Positions 49,510 through 60,096 of a stretch of DNA of 64,000 nt are shown in pieces. Numbering within the stretch: position 1 is the stretch's first letter; every line of letters starts with the position of its first letter. A program made the translations under genes and the position numbers. Origin of the DNA: Candidatus Zixiibacteriota bacterium (GTDB lineage Bacteria; Zixibacteria; MSB-5A5; GN15; FEB-12); contig JBGSIV010000214.1 of assembly GCA_041742355.1 (NCBI GenBank), positions 8,409 to 72,408 of the forward strand, in the 5' to 3' direction. The notes below the pieces were generated by a model, which was given only the letters and a program-made list of their open reading frames with translations, searched no databases and was not told the origin of the DNA.

Positions 49510-50346
49510 ATGAAATCCAGGTTATCATTGCAGCGCGGTGTATGCAAGCGTCTTGCGTTTGCTCTCGTTACCGTGCTGCTATCATTCGCCGCCTCAAGTA
49601 ACAGCTGGGCGGGAGAGTTCTCCATCTATCGCTCCGATACGCCCAATGAGTACTCGATTGTTTACCAGGGTTATCAGTGCCGCGACGGTGTACTGGATTA
49701 CCACGAATGGTCGTTCTCTGTGCCGTCGGATTCACGTGCTCGGGTCGCCATTGTCTCAATTGAGGGAGACACCCTCTTTACAGTGGATACGGTTCTCGCA
49801 GCCGGTGCCCACAGAGCAATCTGGTCTCTCGACAGCTCTCGTCAAGCGACACAGGATACGGAGGATCTCGTATGGTTGTGTATTGAGACCGGAAGCCAAA
49901 GCACCTTCCCGTCGGGGCGCCGCAAGATCAGCAGCAAAATCATATCGGCTACCGTCGAGAGAGATGCCTCCCCCTCGGGCGGTGGAACGCAGGGGCAGAC
50001 ATGTCCCGCTCTCGCTCGCTGGCGCTATGGCAATGACGTCCCGACGGGATTCTCGATGTCGGTGGCGTACCCCAACCCGTTCGCCGGATCCTTTCCCCCG
50101 GCATTCGCGCTGCCATGCCTGTGCCAGATCAGCCTGATCGTCAAGGATACCGCAGAGAACATCGTGCACGCCTATGAAGAATGCACCCTGCCCGGCGGAC
50201 GCTACCAGCCATGCTGGGATTGCCCGGAAGGCCCGCAAGACACCATTCCCTCCGGCGTCTATTATTATGAATTGACGGCGGCCACCATTGCCGGCCCACA
50301 TCGTAGCACGTTTTTTGTCCGGATGCCCTATCTGCTCCTCCGTTAA
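49510..50346 (+). CDS. Exported protein with FlgD/T9SS-CTD-like domain(s)
   Basis: Signal peptide; YPNPF...GRYQPCWD...PSGVYYYEL...LLR; weaker first copy FSVPSDSRARVAIVSIEG...AGAHRAIW. Confidence 0.65.
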   Translation: MKSRLSLQRGVCKRLAFALVTVLLSFAASSNSWAGEFSIYRSDTPNEYSIVYQGYQCRDGVLDYHEWSFSVPSDSRARVAIVSIEGDTLFTVDTVLAAGAHRAIWSLDSSRQATQDTEDLVWLCIETGSQSTFPSGRRKISSKIISATVERDASPSGGGTQGQTCPALARWRYGNDVPTGFSMSVAYPNPFAGSFPPAFALPCLCQISLIVKDTAENIVHAYEECTLPGGRYQPCWDCPEGPQDTIPSGVYYYELTAATIAGPHRSTFFVRMPYLLLR

Positions 50347-50422
50347 CACAGTGCTCGCCTTTCTGTCACCACATGGCCGCCTCACCCACTATATTGCGAG
50401 GGATCCGCAATTAGGAGAATTT

Positions 50423-50836
50423 ATGGCTCAGCACCCCGTTCCCGGCGTCCTGCACCACGTCGAGCTCTACGTGAGCGACCTCGACCGTTCCATCGCATTC
50501 TGGGAGTGGTTTCTCCTCCCCCTTGGCTACACGCTCTACCAATCCTGGCCCAAAGGCCGCTCCTATCGCCTCGGCCACACCTACCTCGTCTTCGTTCAGG
50601 TCGAAGAACGTTTCGCCGACATTCCCTACCACCGCTGCCGGGTCGGCCTCAACCACCTCGCCTTTCACGCCGAGTCCCGCGATCACGTCGACCGCCTCAC
50701 CGAGCAACTCCGCGCCCGCGGCGTAACGATCCTCTACCCGGATCGCCACCCGGTCGCTTCAGGATCATACGCTGTCTTCTTCGAAGATCCCGACCGCATC
50801 AAAGTCGAACTGGTCGCCCCGGACACCACCGAGTAG
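50423..50836 (+). CDS. VOC/glyoxalase family protein
   Basis: LHHVELYVSDLDRS, GLNHLAFHA, FFEDPDRIKVELV; AGGAG SD. Confidence 0.92.
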   Translation: MAQHPVPGVLHHVELYVSDLDRSIAFWEWFLLPLGYTLYQSWPKGRSYRLGHTYLVFVQVEERFADIPYHRCRVGLNHLAFHAESRDHVDRLTEQLRARGVTILYPDRHPVASGSYAVFFEDPDRIKVELVAPDTTE

Positions 50837-51024
50837 CCCGAAACCCTGCTGCACGTTGTTCGGTGCGGCGGTTCCCCTGCTCACGCCGTAGTCCCGGCCG
50901 GATCACTCCCGCCAACTCCTGTCAGGCTGTCCTCCGGCCACCCCCAAAGCCCAAAATTCTTCCCCCACCCCGCCGAAAATCCCCTACATTGTCGCCGTTA
51001 AATTGACTGAACCAGGAGTCTGCT

Positions 51025-53712
51025 GTGGACATACATAAACTCGACCGGATCTTCAATCCCCGCCGTATCGCCCTTATCGGCGTGACGATCAACCCCAATT
51101 CGGTCGGCGGCAAAGTGCTGGCCAACCTTGTCGCGGGCGGTTTCCGCGGCGTCGTCTATCCCGTCAACCCCGAGAGCGAAGCGGTCATGGGGATTCCCTG
51201 CTATCCCGACCTCGCCTCCCTGCCGAAAACCCCCGATCTTGCGGTGATCTGCACCCCCGCCGAGAAAGTCCCGGCCACGGTGAAAGCCTGCGGCGAGGCG
51301 GGCATTCTCGGAATTATCATTCTCTCCGCAGGATTCAAGGAAACCGGCCCGGAGGGCAAAGCTCTCGAGGATCAGATCCGCGCCTATCACCGGCTCTTTC
51401 CCGGCATGCGCATTATCGGCCCCAACTGCCTCGGCATCATTGTCCCCGAGCGCAACCTCAACCTCAGCTTCGCCGGATCGATGCCCAAAGCCGGCAACGT
51501 CGCATTTCTCTCCCAGTCCGGCGCGCTCTGCACGTCGGTTCTGGACTGGGCAATGGAAGGGAAGATCGGCTTCTCGCATTTCGTCTCGATCGGCAACACG
51601 ATCGACGTCAATTTCGGCGACCTCATCGACTATTTCGGCGCGGACGAAACCACCCGCTCGATCATTCTTTACATCGAGTCGATCAGTAACGCCTCCCGTT
51701 TCATGACCGCCGCGCGCGCGTTCGCCCGCACCAAGCCGATCATCGCATTCAAGGCCGGGCGTTTCCCCGAGTCGGCCGCGGTGGCCGCCTCGCATACGGG
51801 CGCGCTTGCCTCCGAGGACGCCGTGTACGACGCCGCTTTCCAGCGAGTCGGCCTCGCCCGCGTCTTCAATGTCGCCAACATCTTTGACTGCGCCGAGCTG
51901 ATCGGCCGCAACCGCATCCCGACCGGCCCCAACCTCGGCATTGTCACCAACGCCGGCGGGCCGGGGGTGATCGCCGCCGATGCGCTCATTGACGCCCACG
52001 GCTCCCTTGCCCGCCTCTCACCCGGGACGATCGACCAGTTGAACAGTGCGCTGCCCTCGTCGTGGTCGCACGGCAACCCGGTCGATATCCTCGGCGACGC
52101 TACGTCAAAGCGCCTTGAAAAGGCGGCCCAGATTGTTCTCGCCGACCCGGGCGTCGAGGCGCTGCTCGTCATCCTCACGCCGCAGGCCATGACCAATGTC
52201 ACCGCCTGCGCCAAAGTTATCGGCAAACTGGCCGCGACCACTCCCAAGCCGATCCTCGCCACCTGGCTGGGGGGGGTATCGATGAGAGAGGGGATGCAGA
52301 TCCTCTCCGACAGCGGGGTGGCAACCTATCGCACACCTGAGCAGGCGGTTCGCTCGTTCATGACGCTCGTGGACTATGGGCGGAATTTGCAGATACTCTA
52401 TGAAACCCCGCGCGATGTCCCGGTTGAATTCCAGCTTGACCGCGCCCGTCTGCGCGACGCTTTCATCGCCCAACGATTCAACAACGGCAATATCCTGTCG
52501 GAGGATGTCTCCAAGGAGCTGCTCGAACTCTACGGCATTCCGACCACCCGGCCCTTCCCGGCCGCGACGGCCGACGAGGCCGTGCAGCGGGCCAACCAGA
52601 TCGGCTACCCGGTGGTCATCAAGATCCTTTCACCCGATATCACGCACAAGACCGATGTCGGCGGTGTCGCGCTCCACCTCGAAGATGAGATCATGGTTCG
52701 CGCCGCGTTCGACCACATGATGCTTTCGGTCAGGGACAAGGCGCCGACCGCCCGTATCGACGGCGTCACGGTCCAGTCGATGATCGACGCCCGCGACAGT
52801 ATCGAGATGATCCTCGGAATCAAGAAAGACGCCACGTTCGGCACGGTCATGATGGCCGGTATGGGTGGTGTCGCGGCCGAGCTCCTCCGCGATCGCAGCC
52901 TCGGTTTCCCGCCGCTGAACGAACGCCTCGCCCGGGGCATGCTCGAATCACTCAAGATCTGGCCGCTCCTGAACGGCTACCGCGGCCGCCCCGCCGCCAA
53001 TGTCGACCGCCTCATCGAGATCCTCATCCGCCTGTCCTATCTTGCGGCCGACTACCCCGAAATCACCGAGCTGGATATCAATCCCCTGCTGGTTACCCCG
53101 CGCGATGTGGTCGCTCTCGATGCCCGCGTGGTCATCGACCGGTCGCTGGTCGGCGCCACGATCGAGCCGTACTCACACCTCGCGCTGCGTCCCTACCCGG
53201 AGAAGTATGTCTCGCAGGTGACACTCAAAGACGGCACCGAGGTCACCCTCCGCCCGATCAAACCCGAGGACGAACCCCTCTGGCTGGCCCTCTTGTCCAG
53301 CTGCTCCAAGGAGGCGATCTACTCCCGCTTCCGCTACTTCTTCCACTGGAATTCGCACGATGTCGCCACCCGTTTCTGCTACATCGACTACAACCGGGAG
53401 ATCGCCATCGTTGCGGAGATCGTGGAAGACGGGGTCCGCAAGATCATCGGTGTCGGGCGCCTCATCAGCGACCCCGACCACGAAGAGGTCGAGTACGCCG
53501 TGCTGATTGCCGATGCCTGGCAGAAGAAAGAGGTCGGCAGCATCCTGACCGACTTCTGCATGGAGGTTGCCCGGCGCTGGAATCTCCGGCGCATCGTCGC
53601 CCAGACCACGACCGACAACCGGCCGATGATCTCGGTCTTCGAGAAGCGCGGCTTCGAGATCTCGTTCGCCGACGGCGGTACGTCGGTGTATGTCGCGAAA
53701 GAACTGATCTAG
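51025..53712 (+). CDS. NDP-forming acyl-CoA ligase / GNAT fusion (Pat/YfiQ-like)
   Basis: CoA-binding domain, GPNCLG, SQSGAL, SHTGALA, ATP-grasp HKTDVGGV, DINPL, C-terminal GNAT (LRPIKPED, IDYNREIA). Confidence 0.92.
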   Translation: MDIHKLDRIFNPRRIALIGVTINPNSVGGKVLANLVAGGFRGVVYPVNPESEAVMGIPCYPDLASLPKTPDLAVICTPAEKVPATVKACGEAGILGIIILSAGFKETGPEGKALEDQIRAYHRLFPGMRIIGPNCLGIIVPERNLNLSFAGSMPKAGNVAFLSQSGALCTSVLDWAMEGKIGFSHFVSIGNTIDVNFGDLIDYFGADETTRSIILYIESISNASRFMTAARAFARTKPIIAFKAGRFPESAAVAASHTGALASEDAVYDAAFQRVGLARVFNVANIFDCAELIGRNRIPTGPNLGIVTNAGGPGVIAADALIDAHGSLARLSPGTIDQLNSALPSSWSHGNPVDILGDATSKRLEKAAQIVLADPGVEALLVILTPQAMTNVTACAKVIGKLAATTPKPILATWLGGVSMREGMQILSDSGVATYRTPEQAVRSFMTLVDYGRNLQILYETPRDVPVEFQLDRARLRDAFIAQRFNNGNILSEDVSKELLELYGIPTTRPFPAATADEAVQRANQIGYPVVIKILSPDITHKTDVGGVALHLEDEIMVRAAFDHMMLSVRDKAPTARIDGVTVQSMIDARDSIEMILGIKKDATFGTVMMAGMGGVAAELLRDRSLGFPPLNERLARGMLESLKIWPLLNGYRGRPAANVDRLIEILIRLSYLAADYPEITELDINPLLVTPRDVVALDARVVIDRSLVGATIEPYSHLALRPYPEKYVSQVTLKDGTEVTLRPIKPEDEPLWLALLSSCSKEAIYSRFRYFFHWNSHDVATRFCYIDYNREIAIVAEIVEDGVRKIIGVGRLISDPDHEEVEYAVLIADAWQKKEVGSILTDFCMEVARRWNLRRIVAQTTTDNRPMISVFEKRGFEISFADGGTSVYVAKELI

Positions 53713-53904
53713 CGGCGCAGGCCGCCTGCGTCCAACCCGGCCGAACACAATCGGCCGGGTTGGGGATTCGACGCCACCGCTCGCCCCTCCGCCACGGGAA
53801 ACGAATCCCACTCGTTCGTGTTGTACTGGCATACGTCCCGGCAAACCCCGAGGGTTTGCTTCCGGGCGACCGGTAATTGCCGATTGAGTGCGAGGAGTCG
53901 ATCG

Positions 53905-54954
53905 ATGAGTGATCAGGAAACGACACGGCGCCAGCCGAATTTCAGGCCCGATGCCATAACGCACGAGCCGCAGTCGTGCAAGCTGGACGCCGATGGCCGG
54001 CGGCAGGTTGTCCACCTGCGCCAGTTTTCCGAGGGGATTGTCAGGCTGGTCGAAACTATCACGCCCGCAGTAGTCAAGCTGACGGTTGAGTTCGAAAGCT
54101 CCCGTAACCGCCAGGCTGCCCGCCACGGCACCGGTTCCGGCGTAATCATCACACCCGACGGCTACATTCTGACCAACAGCCATGTCGTCCACCGCGCCCG
54201 CGATATCGCCGTGACCTTTTTGGACGGCAGCACGGTCCCGGCGCAGTTGATCGGGGAGGATACCGGCACCGACCTTGCGGTCATTCGGGCGGCCGGCTCC
54301 GGGCTTGATTTTGCCGGTTTCGGAAATTCCGGTGAACTCCGGCCCGGCGAGATGGTCATCGCGATCGGCAGTCCGCTCGGCTTCGATGCGACGGTCTCGA
54401 CGGGTGTTATCAGTTCGCTCGGGCGCGGGCTGCGCGCGCAGGACGGCCGCCTGATCGAGAATATCATTCAGCACACCGCCCCGCTCAATCCCGGTAATTC
54501 GGGCGGGCCGCTCATCAACCTCGATGCCGACGTGGTCGGCGTCAACACGGCGATCGTGGCGGCCGCGCAGGGAATCGGCTTCGCGGTTCCCTCGAACACG
54601 GCCTCACTCGTTGTGTCTCAGCTGATCGCCCACGGCCGGGTCCGCCGCGCCTACCTTGGCATAGTCGCCGGCACCCGCCAGCTGGACCGCCGTCTCGCGC
54701 GCTTCCACAATGTCCCCAACGATTACGCCGCCGAGGTCATCTCTGTGGCCGACGGCTCCCCGGCCGCCGCCGGGGGACTGAAATCCGGCGACCTCATTGT
54801 CACTCTCAACGACCGCCGGATGGGGTCGGTCGACGATCTCCACCGCGCGCTCACCGAAATTCAGGTCGGTAGCGCCTTTACCCTCAGTCTTATCCGCGGG
54901 CGCCAACTGCTGACGATGGATCTGGTGGCCGGAGAACTTCCCGCCCAGCAGTAG
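53905..54954 (+). CDS. HtrA/S1C serine protease with one PDZ domain
   Basis: GSGVII, LTNSHVV, DLAVI, NPGNSGGPL, C-terminal PDZ; no signal peptide visible. Confidence 0.9.
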   Translation: MSDQETTRRQPNFRPDAITHEPQSCKLDADGRRQVVHLRQFSEGIVRLVETITPAVVKLTVEFESSRNRQAARHGTGSGVIITPDGYILTNSHVVHRARDIAVTFLDGSTVPAQLIGEDTGTDLAVIRAAGSGLDFAGFGNSGELRPGEMVIAIGSPLGFDATVSTGVISSLGRGLRAQDGRLIENIIQHTAPLNPGNSGGPLINLDADVVGVNTAIVAAAQGIGFAVPSNTASLVVSQLIAHGRVRRAYLGIVAGTRQLDRRLARFHNVPNDYAAEVISVADGSPAAAGGLKSGDLIVTLNDRRMGSVDDLHRALTEIQVGSAFTLSLIRGRQLLTMDLVAGELPAQQ

Positions 54955-54980
54955 TGAGAGCACCCGGTTTCCGGGGCCGC

Positions 54981-55011
54981 AAAAAACGCCCGGGGGGGAT
55001 GTCCCGGGCGT
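54981..55011 (-). terminator. Terminator after the MCP gene
   Basis: ACGCCCGGG...CCCGGGCGT with an A-tract on the left. Confidence 0.65.
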
Positions 55012-55064
55012 CGCGAGGAAGTGACGGCAGCCTCTGCACGAGGCTGCCTTTATGCAGAAAAGGA

Positions 55065-57521
55065 TTAGCGGGCCGCAAGCTGGAAGGACTCGATTATTTT
55101 GCGCAGTTCATCCGCCTGTCGGTTGAGTTCTTCCGCCGCCGAGGCCGACTGTTCCGATCCGGCGGCAGTTTCTCTCGTGACCGAGGAGATGTGTTCGATA
55201 TTGCGCGAGACCTCTTCGGCGGCGCCTGACTGCTGCTGGGTCGCCGACGACATCTGCTGGATCATTTCCATTACCTGGTGAGAGATTTCCACGATTTCGC
55301 TCAGGCTGACGCCGGCTTTGTCGGTCATCGCCCGCCCCCTGTCCACCTCCTGCATCCCCTGTTCCATGGACACGACCGCCTCTTCCGTCTCTGTCTGGAT
55401 CCCCTTGATCATCTCGGTGATCTCCCCGGTCGCCTTGCCGGTCCGCTCGGCCAGTTTGCGGACCTCGTCGGCCACCACGGCAAAGCCCCGGCCCTGATCT
55501 CCGGCCCGGGCCGCTTCGATAGCCGCGTTGAGAGCCAGAAGATTGGTCTGGTCGGCGATGTCGTCGATCACCTTGGTAATTTCCCCGATCTGGTCGGCAC
55601 TGGTCGCCAGCTTCGCGATCGATTCGGCCGACTGACGCACAACTTCCGAGATCCGCTGCATCCCGGCAATCGATTGCGTTACCACCTGTCCGCCGGTGCC
55701 GGCGGTTCCGGCCGCGGTGCGTGAAGCCGTCGACGCCTCCTCGGCGTGTTTGGACGACTCGATGATGTTCGCCGACATCTCTTCCACCGCCGCCGAGACC
55801 TGCGCAATCTGTTCGGCCTGGTTCTTCGCTCCCAGCGACATTTGTTCCGAGGCCGTGGCGATTTCATGTGCGGCCGAAGCCAGTTCCCGCACCGCCTCCT
55901 GCAGCCGGTGAATCATCGCTGTCAGGTTTTCGATCATACTTCGGAATGACAGTCCGAGCACATCCTTATCCGAGGCCGGCTGGACGCTCATGGTCAGGTC
56001 ATTCTGCGCCACCTTTTCGGCCACCGCGGCCAGGCGCTTCATGTAGTCAATCAGCTTGCGAAAGGCCTCGGCGAGGATGCCGATTTCGTCTTTGCCGAAG
56101 ATATCGATGCGCTGGTCGACATCGCCCAGCGATATCCGTTCCGCGACCGCCGCGATGGCTGATACCGGCCGTGAGATGGATCGCGCCGCGAGCCAGCCGA
56201 CCAGCACCACCACGCCCATGAGGATCAGGCTGATCACAACGACAAACCACTGCAGTGCTGTGGCGGCTGCGAAGGCCTCCTCTTCGTCGAACTCCGCGAG
56301 GATCGCCCAATCCAGTCCGGGAATCTCGAGCGGGGCATACGCAGAGAGCACCCTGACCCCGCGGTAATCGTCAACCAGTTCGACGGCGCTCCGGCCGGCC
56401 AGTGCCTCCCGAGCCGCGCTCGTCTCGATGACATGAAGCCCGATGGAGCTCTGCTTCGCCCGGATCAACCCCGCGGTCTCGGCGTCTACTCCCGAGGCCT
56501 CGATCGCCTCGAGATACGCCTCCGGATCCTCCAGCAGAAATCGGCTCTGGCTGCGCATCCGACGGTCGGCTCCGACGAGGTAGGTTTCGCCGGATCCCCC
56601 CAGCCCGATCGCCCGCCATTCCTGGTCGCTCGTCATCACTCCGTTGATCCGGTCGATCGGCAGCTGGAAGATCAGCACGCCGATCATTTCCTGGCCGTCG
56701 AACACCGGCGATCCGATAAACCCGGCCTGATCTTCGTACGAAGGCCGGTAGGGTTGGAAGTCGCTCACCGCGACGTAGTCCCGTTCGCGAGCGGCCGAGA
56801 CTTCCGCAAACACCTGGCCGAGCCCCGAACTGGCATACGGACCGTTCTTCAGCGAGGTGGAGAAATCCAGTTCCTTGAAAACCGTGTATACGATGTCACC
56901 GCTCTCGGCATCCACCAGAAAGATATCGTAGTAGCCGAACTCCTTCAGGAAATGCCGAAGGTGCGGATGGTACTTCTCGTGCACCGCGCTCCAGCGCGAG
57001 CCATCCTCGGCCCGCTCCAGGGCGTCCTTGCTCCCGAGCGGATTCGGATTTGCCTTGATATAGCTGTACTGGAGAACAACGGATTCGTCATCCAGTCGAT
57101 CGACAATCGACTCCGCGTCCGGCGACCGACCCTCGTTACGCTTCTGGTACTCGTCGCTGAAGTCCGCCGTGTAGTAGCTTCGCAGTTGATCCCGGTACTG
57201 CTGCACTGCCCGGGGATCCACCGGCCCTCCCCCGCCGCCATCTCGGCCAACCTGGCCGAACGCCCCCTTGAACTCCTTCATGGCTTCGATGACCATGAGG
57301 TCATCGGAAAAGGTCACAACCTGCTGCCTGAGCGTGGCAAAGTAGTCTTCGATCTGGCTGGCCTTCAACTCGCGCAGCGACACCAGTTGCTCTTTTGTCC
57401 GCTCCTCGATCGCGGCCCTTGATTTCTGCAGGCTGACGATACTCACGATGAGCATCGGAATGAGTCCGACCAGCAGGAAGTACAGCACCAGCCGGACATT
57501 CAATCGTACGTTGTTTAACAC
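55065..57521 (-). CDS. Methyl-accepting chemotaxis protein
   Basis: Two TM segments, large Cache-like periplasmic domain, [49 protein letters not shown] before GTG. Confidence 0.93.
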   Translation of the reverse strand: MLNNVRLNVRLVLYFLLVGLIPMLIVSIVSLQKSRAAIEERTKEQLVSLRELKASQIEDYFATLRQQVVTFSDDLMVIEAMKEFKGAFGQVGRDGGGGGPVDPRAVQQYRDQLRSYYTADFSDEYQKRNEGRSPDAESIVDRLDDESVVLQYSYIKANPNPLGSKDALERAEDGSRWSAVHEKYHPHLRHFLKEFGYYDIFLVDAESGDIVYTVFKELDFSTSLKNGPYASSGLGQVFAEVSAARERDYVAVSDFQPYRPSYEDQAGFIGSPVFDGQEMIGVLIFQLPIDRINGVMTSDQEWRAIGLGGSGETYLVGADRRMRSQSRFLLEDPEAYLEAIEASGVDAETAGLIRAKQSSIGLHVIETSAAREALAGRSAVELVDDYRGVRVLSAYAPLEIPGLDWAILAEFDEEEAFAAATALQWFVVVISLILMGVVVLVGWLAARSISRPVSAIAAVAERISLGDVDQRIDIFGKDEIGILAEAFRKLIDYMKRLAAVAEKVAQNDLTMSVQPASDKDVLGLSFRSMIENLTAMIHRLQEAVRELASAAHEIATASEQMSLGAKNQAEQIAQVSAAVEEMSANIIESSKHAEEASTASRTAAGTAGTGGQVVTQSIAGMQRISEVVRQSAESIAKLATSADQIGEITKVIDDIADQTNLLALNAAIEAARAGDQGRGFAVVADEVRKLAERTGKATGEITEMIKGIQTETEEAVVSMEQGMQEVDRGRAMTDKAGVSLSEIVEISHQVMEMIQQMSSATQQQSGAAEEVSRNIEHISSVTRETAAGSEQSASAAEELNRQADELRKIIESFQLAAR

Positions 57522-57753
57522 GAGACACTCCTCCTTCTCGGAAACTCAGCCCCCGCCCCGGAGTGGCTGATTTCGGCCGCGAGATTGTGGCAGCGCATAC
57601 CCCGCATCGGATCGCGCCATCGGTTACGTTGACGTGCCAACCGTCGGCACGTGCAGTGCGCGGCATCGGGCTCTTGCTATCCCTGAGTCAGGTATCGTCA
57701 GGATACAGGTTAGGTCTAGGGGAGTATTGAGGGTAAGAACGGGTGATGCTGTT

Positions 57754-58773
57754 TCACCCCTCGACGGGGAGTTCGTTCAGCCGTTCGAGGCAGTCGCAGC
57801 CTGATTCGGCGGGGCTTTCCGAAGTCATGACCATGCCTCGGAGAACCGTGGCGAGGCTGTCGCCGCTGCAGCGTGCACCGAGTTTCCGGCGGATTGCCTT
57901 GCGTTGTGTCCGGACAGTTTCCTCGCCGGTGTGCAGGCTCCGGGCGATCTCCTTGGTCGAGAACCCGTTGCGTATGAGGTTGCAGATCGTCACCTCGCGC
58001 GGACTCAACTGCGGGTACCTCGCCTCCAGTGTCTGGAGAAACGGCGCGGTGATGCGCGCCAATGATTGACTCAGCAGATCCATCGTCACCTGGCGCTCGG
58101 CATCCAGGCCGGTTCGCAGATCTTCCAGGAGCGGTAAGATCGCCCGGTCCATGTTCGCCCGTATCTGGCGCACGATCCTCCCCCGGCCCGCTGCCATGCG
58201 TGACAGCACCTCCTGCAGGGCCGCATTCTTCCGGCGAAGGCTCTCCCGGTCCCGCGCCAGTTGGTCATTCGCCTTCTCGAGCGCCTCTTCTGCGCGCCGG
58301 CGTGCGGTGATGTCACGGCAGCTGTAGAGCAGTCGTCCGCGCCCGATCTGTACCTCTTTGACGCTCACCAGGAGAATGTGCTCGTCGCCGGCCTTGTCCC
58401 GGATGGCCGTCTCGATATTCGCCAGTTCCCCTCGCTCCCGCAGGTCTTCCGGCAAAAAGATCGCTTTGCCGAACACCTTCTCTACCGTTCCCAGTGCCAT
58501 CACTTCCTCCGCCGAACACAGGAATGAATGGGAGACGTTCGGGCACGCCCACACCAGACGTCCGGCCTCGTCGGCCACCAGGACCGCATCCGAGATGGAG
58601 AACAGCACCTCGCGGTACAACTCCAGCGACTCGGTTTCATCGCTGTTGCACGCGCGTTGGTCTCCCGCCGCGATGTCTTGTTGCGGCGGAACGATCTCCT
58701 GCGGCGGTTCGACACCGGCGCGGCCCCGTCTGGTCAGTTCGCTCCCCCTCCCTGAAAGGGTCAGCTTTACCAT
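57754..58773 (-). CDS. PAS + LuxR-type HTH transcriptional regulator
   Basis: ISDAVLVADEAG...CRDITARR PAS; LSPREVTICNLIRNGFSTKEIA...TVRTQRKAIRRKLG; start uncertain. Confidence 0.85.
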   Translation of the reverse strand: MVKLTLSGRGSELTRRGRAGVEPPQEIVPPQQDIAAGDQRACNSDETESLELYREVLFSISDAVLVADEAGRLVWACPNVSHSFLCSAEEVMALGTVEKVFGKAIFLPEDLRERGELANIETAIRDKAGDEHILLVSVKEVQIGRGRLLYSCRDITARRRAEEALEKANDQLARDRESLRRKNAALQEVLSRMAAGRGRIVRQIRANMDRAILPLLEDLRTGLDAERQVTMDLLSQSLARITAPFLQTLEARYPQLSPREVTICNLIRNGFSTKEIARSLHTGEETVRTQRKAIRRKLGARCSGDSLATVLRGMVMTSESPAESGCDCLERLNELPVEG

Positions 58774-59001
58774 AGAAAATCCGGGCCATTAGCCCACGTT
58801 TCGGCGATTATACTACTTTTCGTATCGGCATTGTCGCGTTCTCTCTTCACCTGATTCGCATGCGATCGGCGACCAGGCGAACGGCCGCCCCCGTCTCGAG
58901 TATAACCGCTGCAGGATCCGATTTGCGAAATCAGCCCGCGACCACGTACTTTCCTGTGCGAGCCCGCGATCGCCTGTCGGCAGAGAAGAGATAATGAGCC
59001 C

Positions 59002-60096
59002 ATGAAACCCGAGTCGCCGAATCATATAGTCCCCACGACGTACTGGCACCCGCTCAAGAGCGGGCGGATCCAGTGCGACGTCTGCCCCCGCGGCTGCAAA
59101 CTTCACGAAGGGGAGCGGGGTTTCTGCTTTGTCCGCATGCGGCAAAACGATCAAATCGTGCTCACCACCTACGGCCGCTCCAGCGGCTTTTGTATCGACC
59201 CAATCGAGAAGAAGCCCCTGAACCACTTCCTCCCCGGCACACCCGTGCTGTCGTTCGGCACCGCCGGCTGTAACCTCGGCTGCAAATTCTGCCAGAACTG
59301 GGATATCAGTAAGTCCAAGGAGATCGACACTCTTGCCGATCAAGCCTCTCCGGAGTTGATAGCCCGCGCCGCCGATGAACTCGGCTGCCGCAGTGTCGCT
59401 TTCACCTACAACGATCCCGTCATTTTCATGGAGTACGCCATCGATGTGGCCAAAGCCTGCCATGAACGCGGCATCAAGACTGTCGCCGTCACCGCCGGCG
59501 AGATGATGCCCGAGCCGCGCCGGGAATTCTACCGCTATATGGATGCCGCCAATGTCGACCTCAAGGCCTTTACCGAGCAGTTCTATCGGGAGATTTGCGA
59601 CGGCGGTATCCGCCCTGTGCTCGACACCCTCACTTTCCTCCGGCACGAGACCGATGTCTGGTTCGAAATCACCAACCTCGTCATTCCCGGGCACAACGAC
59701 TCGGACGATGAATTCAAGCGCATGGCGGAGTGGATCGTTACCGAGCTCGGCCCCGATACCCCCGTCCACTTCACTGCTTTCCACCCCGACTACCTTATGC
59801 AAAACACGCCGTCGACTCCGCCGGCCACGCTGACTCGCGCCCGAGCGATCGCCCGCGGCGCGGGCCTTCGCTACGCCTACACCGGTAATGTCCACGACCC
59901 CGAGGGGTCGTCCACGTACTGCCATGGTTGCGGCCAGACGCTCATCCGGCGCGACTGGTACACTCTCGGCGAGTGGCATCTCACGGCCGACGGCTGCTGC
60001 CGGACGTGCGGCGAACGGTGTGCCGGCGTGTTCGACGGTCTTCCGGGCGATTGGGGTGCGCGACGCCTTTCGGTCCGTCTTCAGGATTTCGCCTGA
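59002..60096 (+). CDS. amrS: AmmeMemoRadiSam-system-type radical SAM enzyme
   Basis: CDVCPRGC, DPIEKKPLNHFLPG, GCNLGCKFCQNWDIS, AFTYNDP, YTGNV, C-terminal CxxC pairs. Confidence 0.88.
   Translation: MKPESPNHIVPTTYWHPLKSGRIQCDVCPRGCKLHEGERGFCFVRMRQNDQIVLTTYGRSSGFCIDPIEKKPLNHFLPGTPVLSFGTAGCNLGCKFCQNWDISKSKEIDTLADQASPELIARAADELGCRSVAFTYNDPVIFMEYAIDVAKACHERGIKTVAVTAGEMMPEPRREFYRYMDAANVDLKAFTEQFYREICDGGIRPVLDTLTFLRHETDVWFEITNLVIPGHNDSDDEFKRMAEWIVTELGPDTPVHFTAFHPDYLMQNTPSTPPATLTRARAIARGAGLRYAYTGNVHDPEGSSTYCHGCGQTLIRRDWYTLGEWHLTADGCCRTCGERCAGVFDGLPGDWGARRLSVRLQDFA

Noticed and set aside
53835..53870. c-di-GMP-I riboswitch (GGCAAACC start)
   Set aside because: Forms a simple GCAAACCC/GGGTTTGC hairpin; lacks the GNRA loop and second stem of the motif
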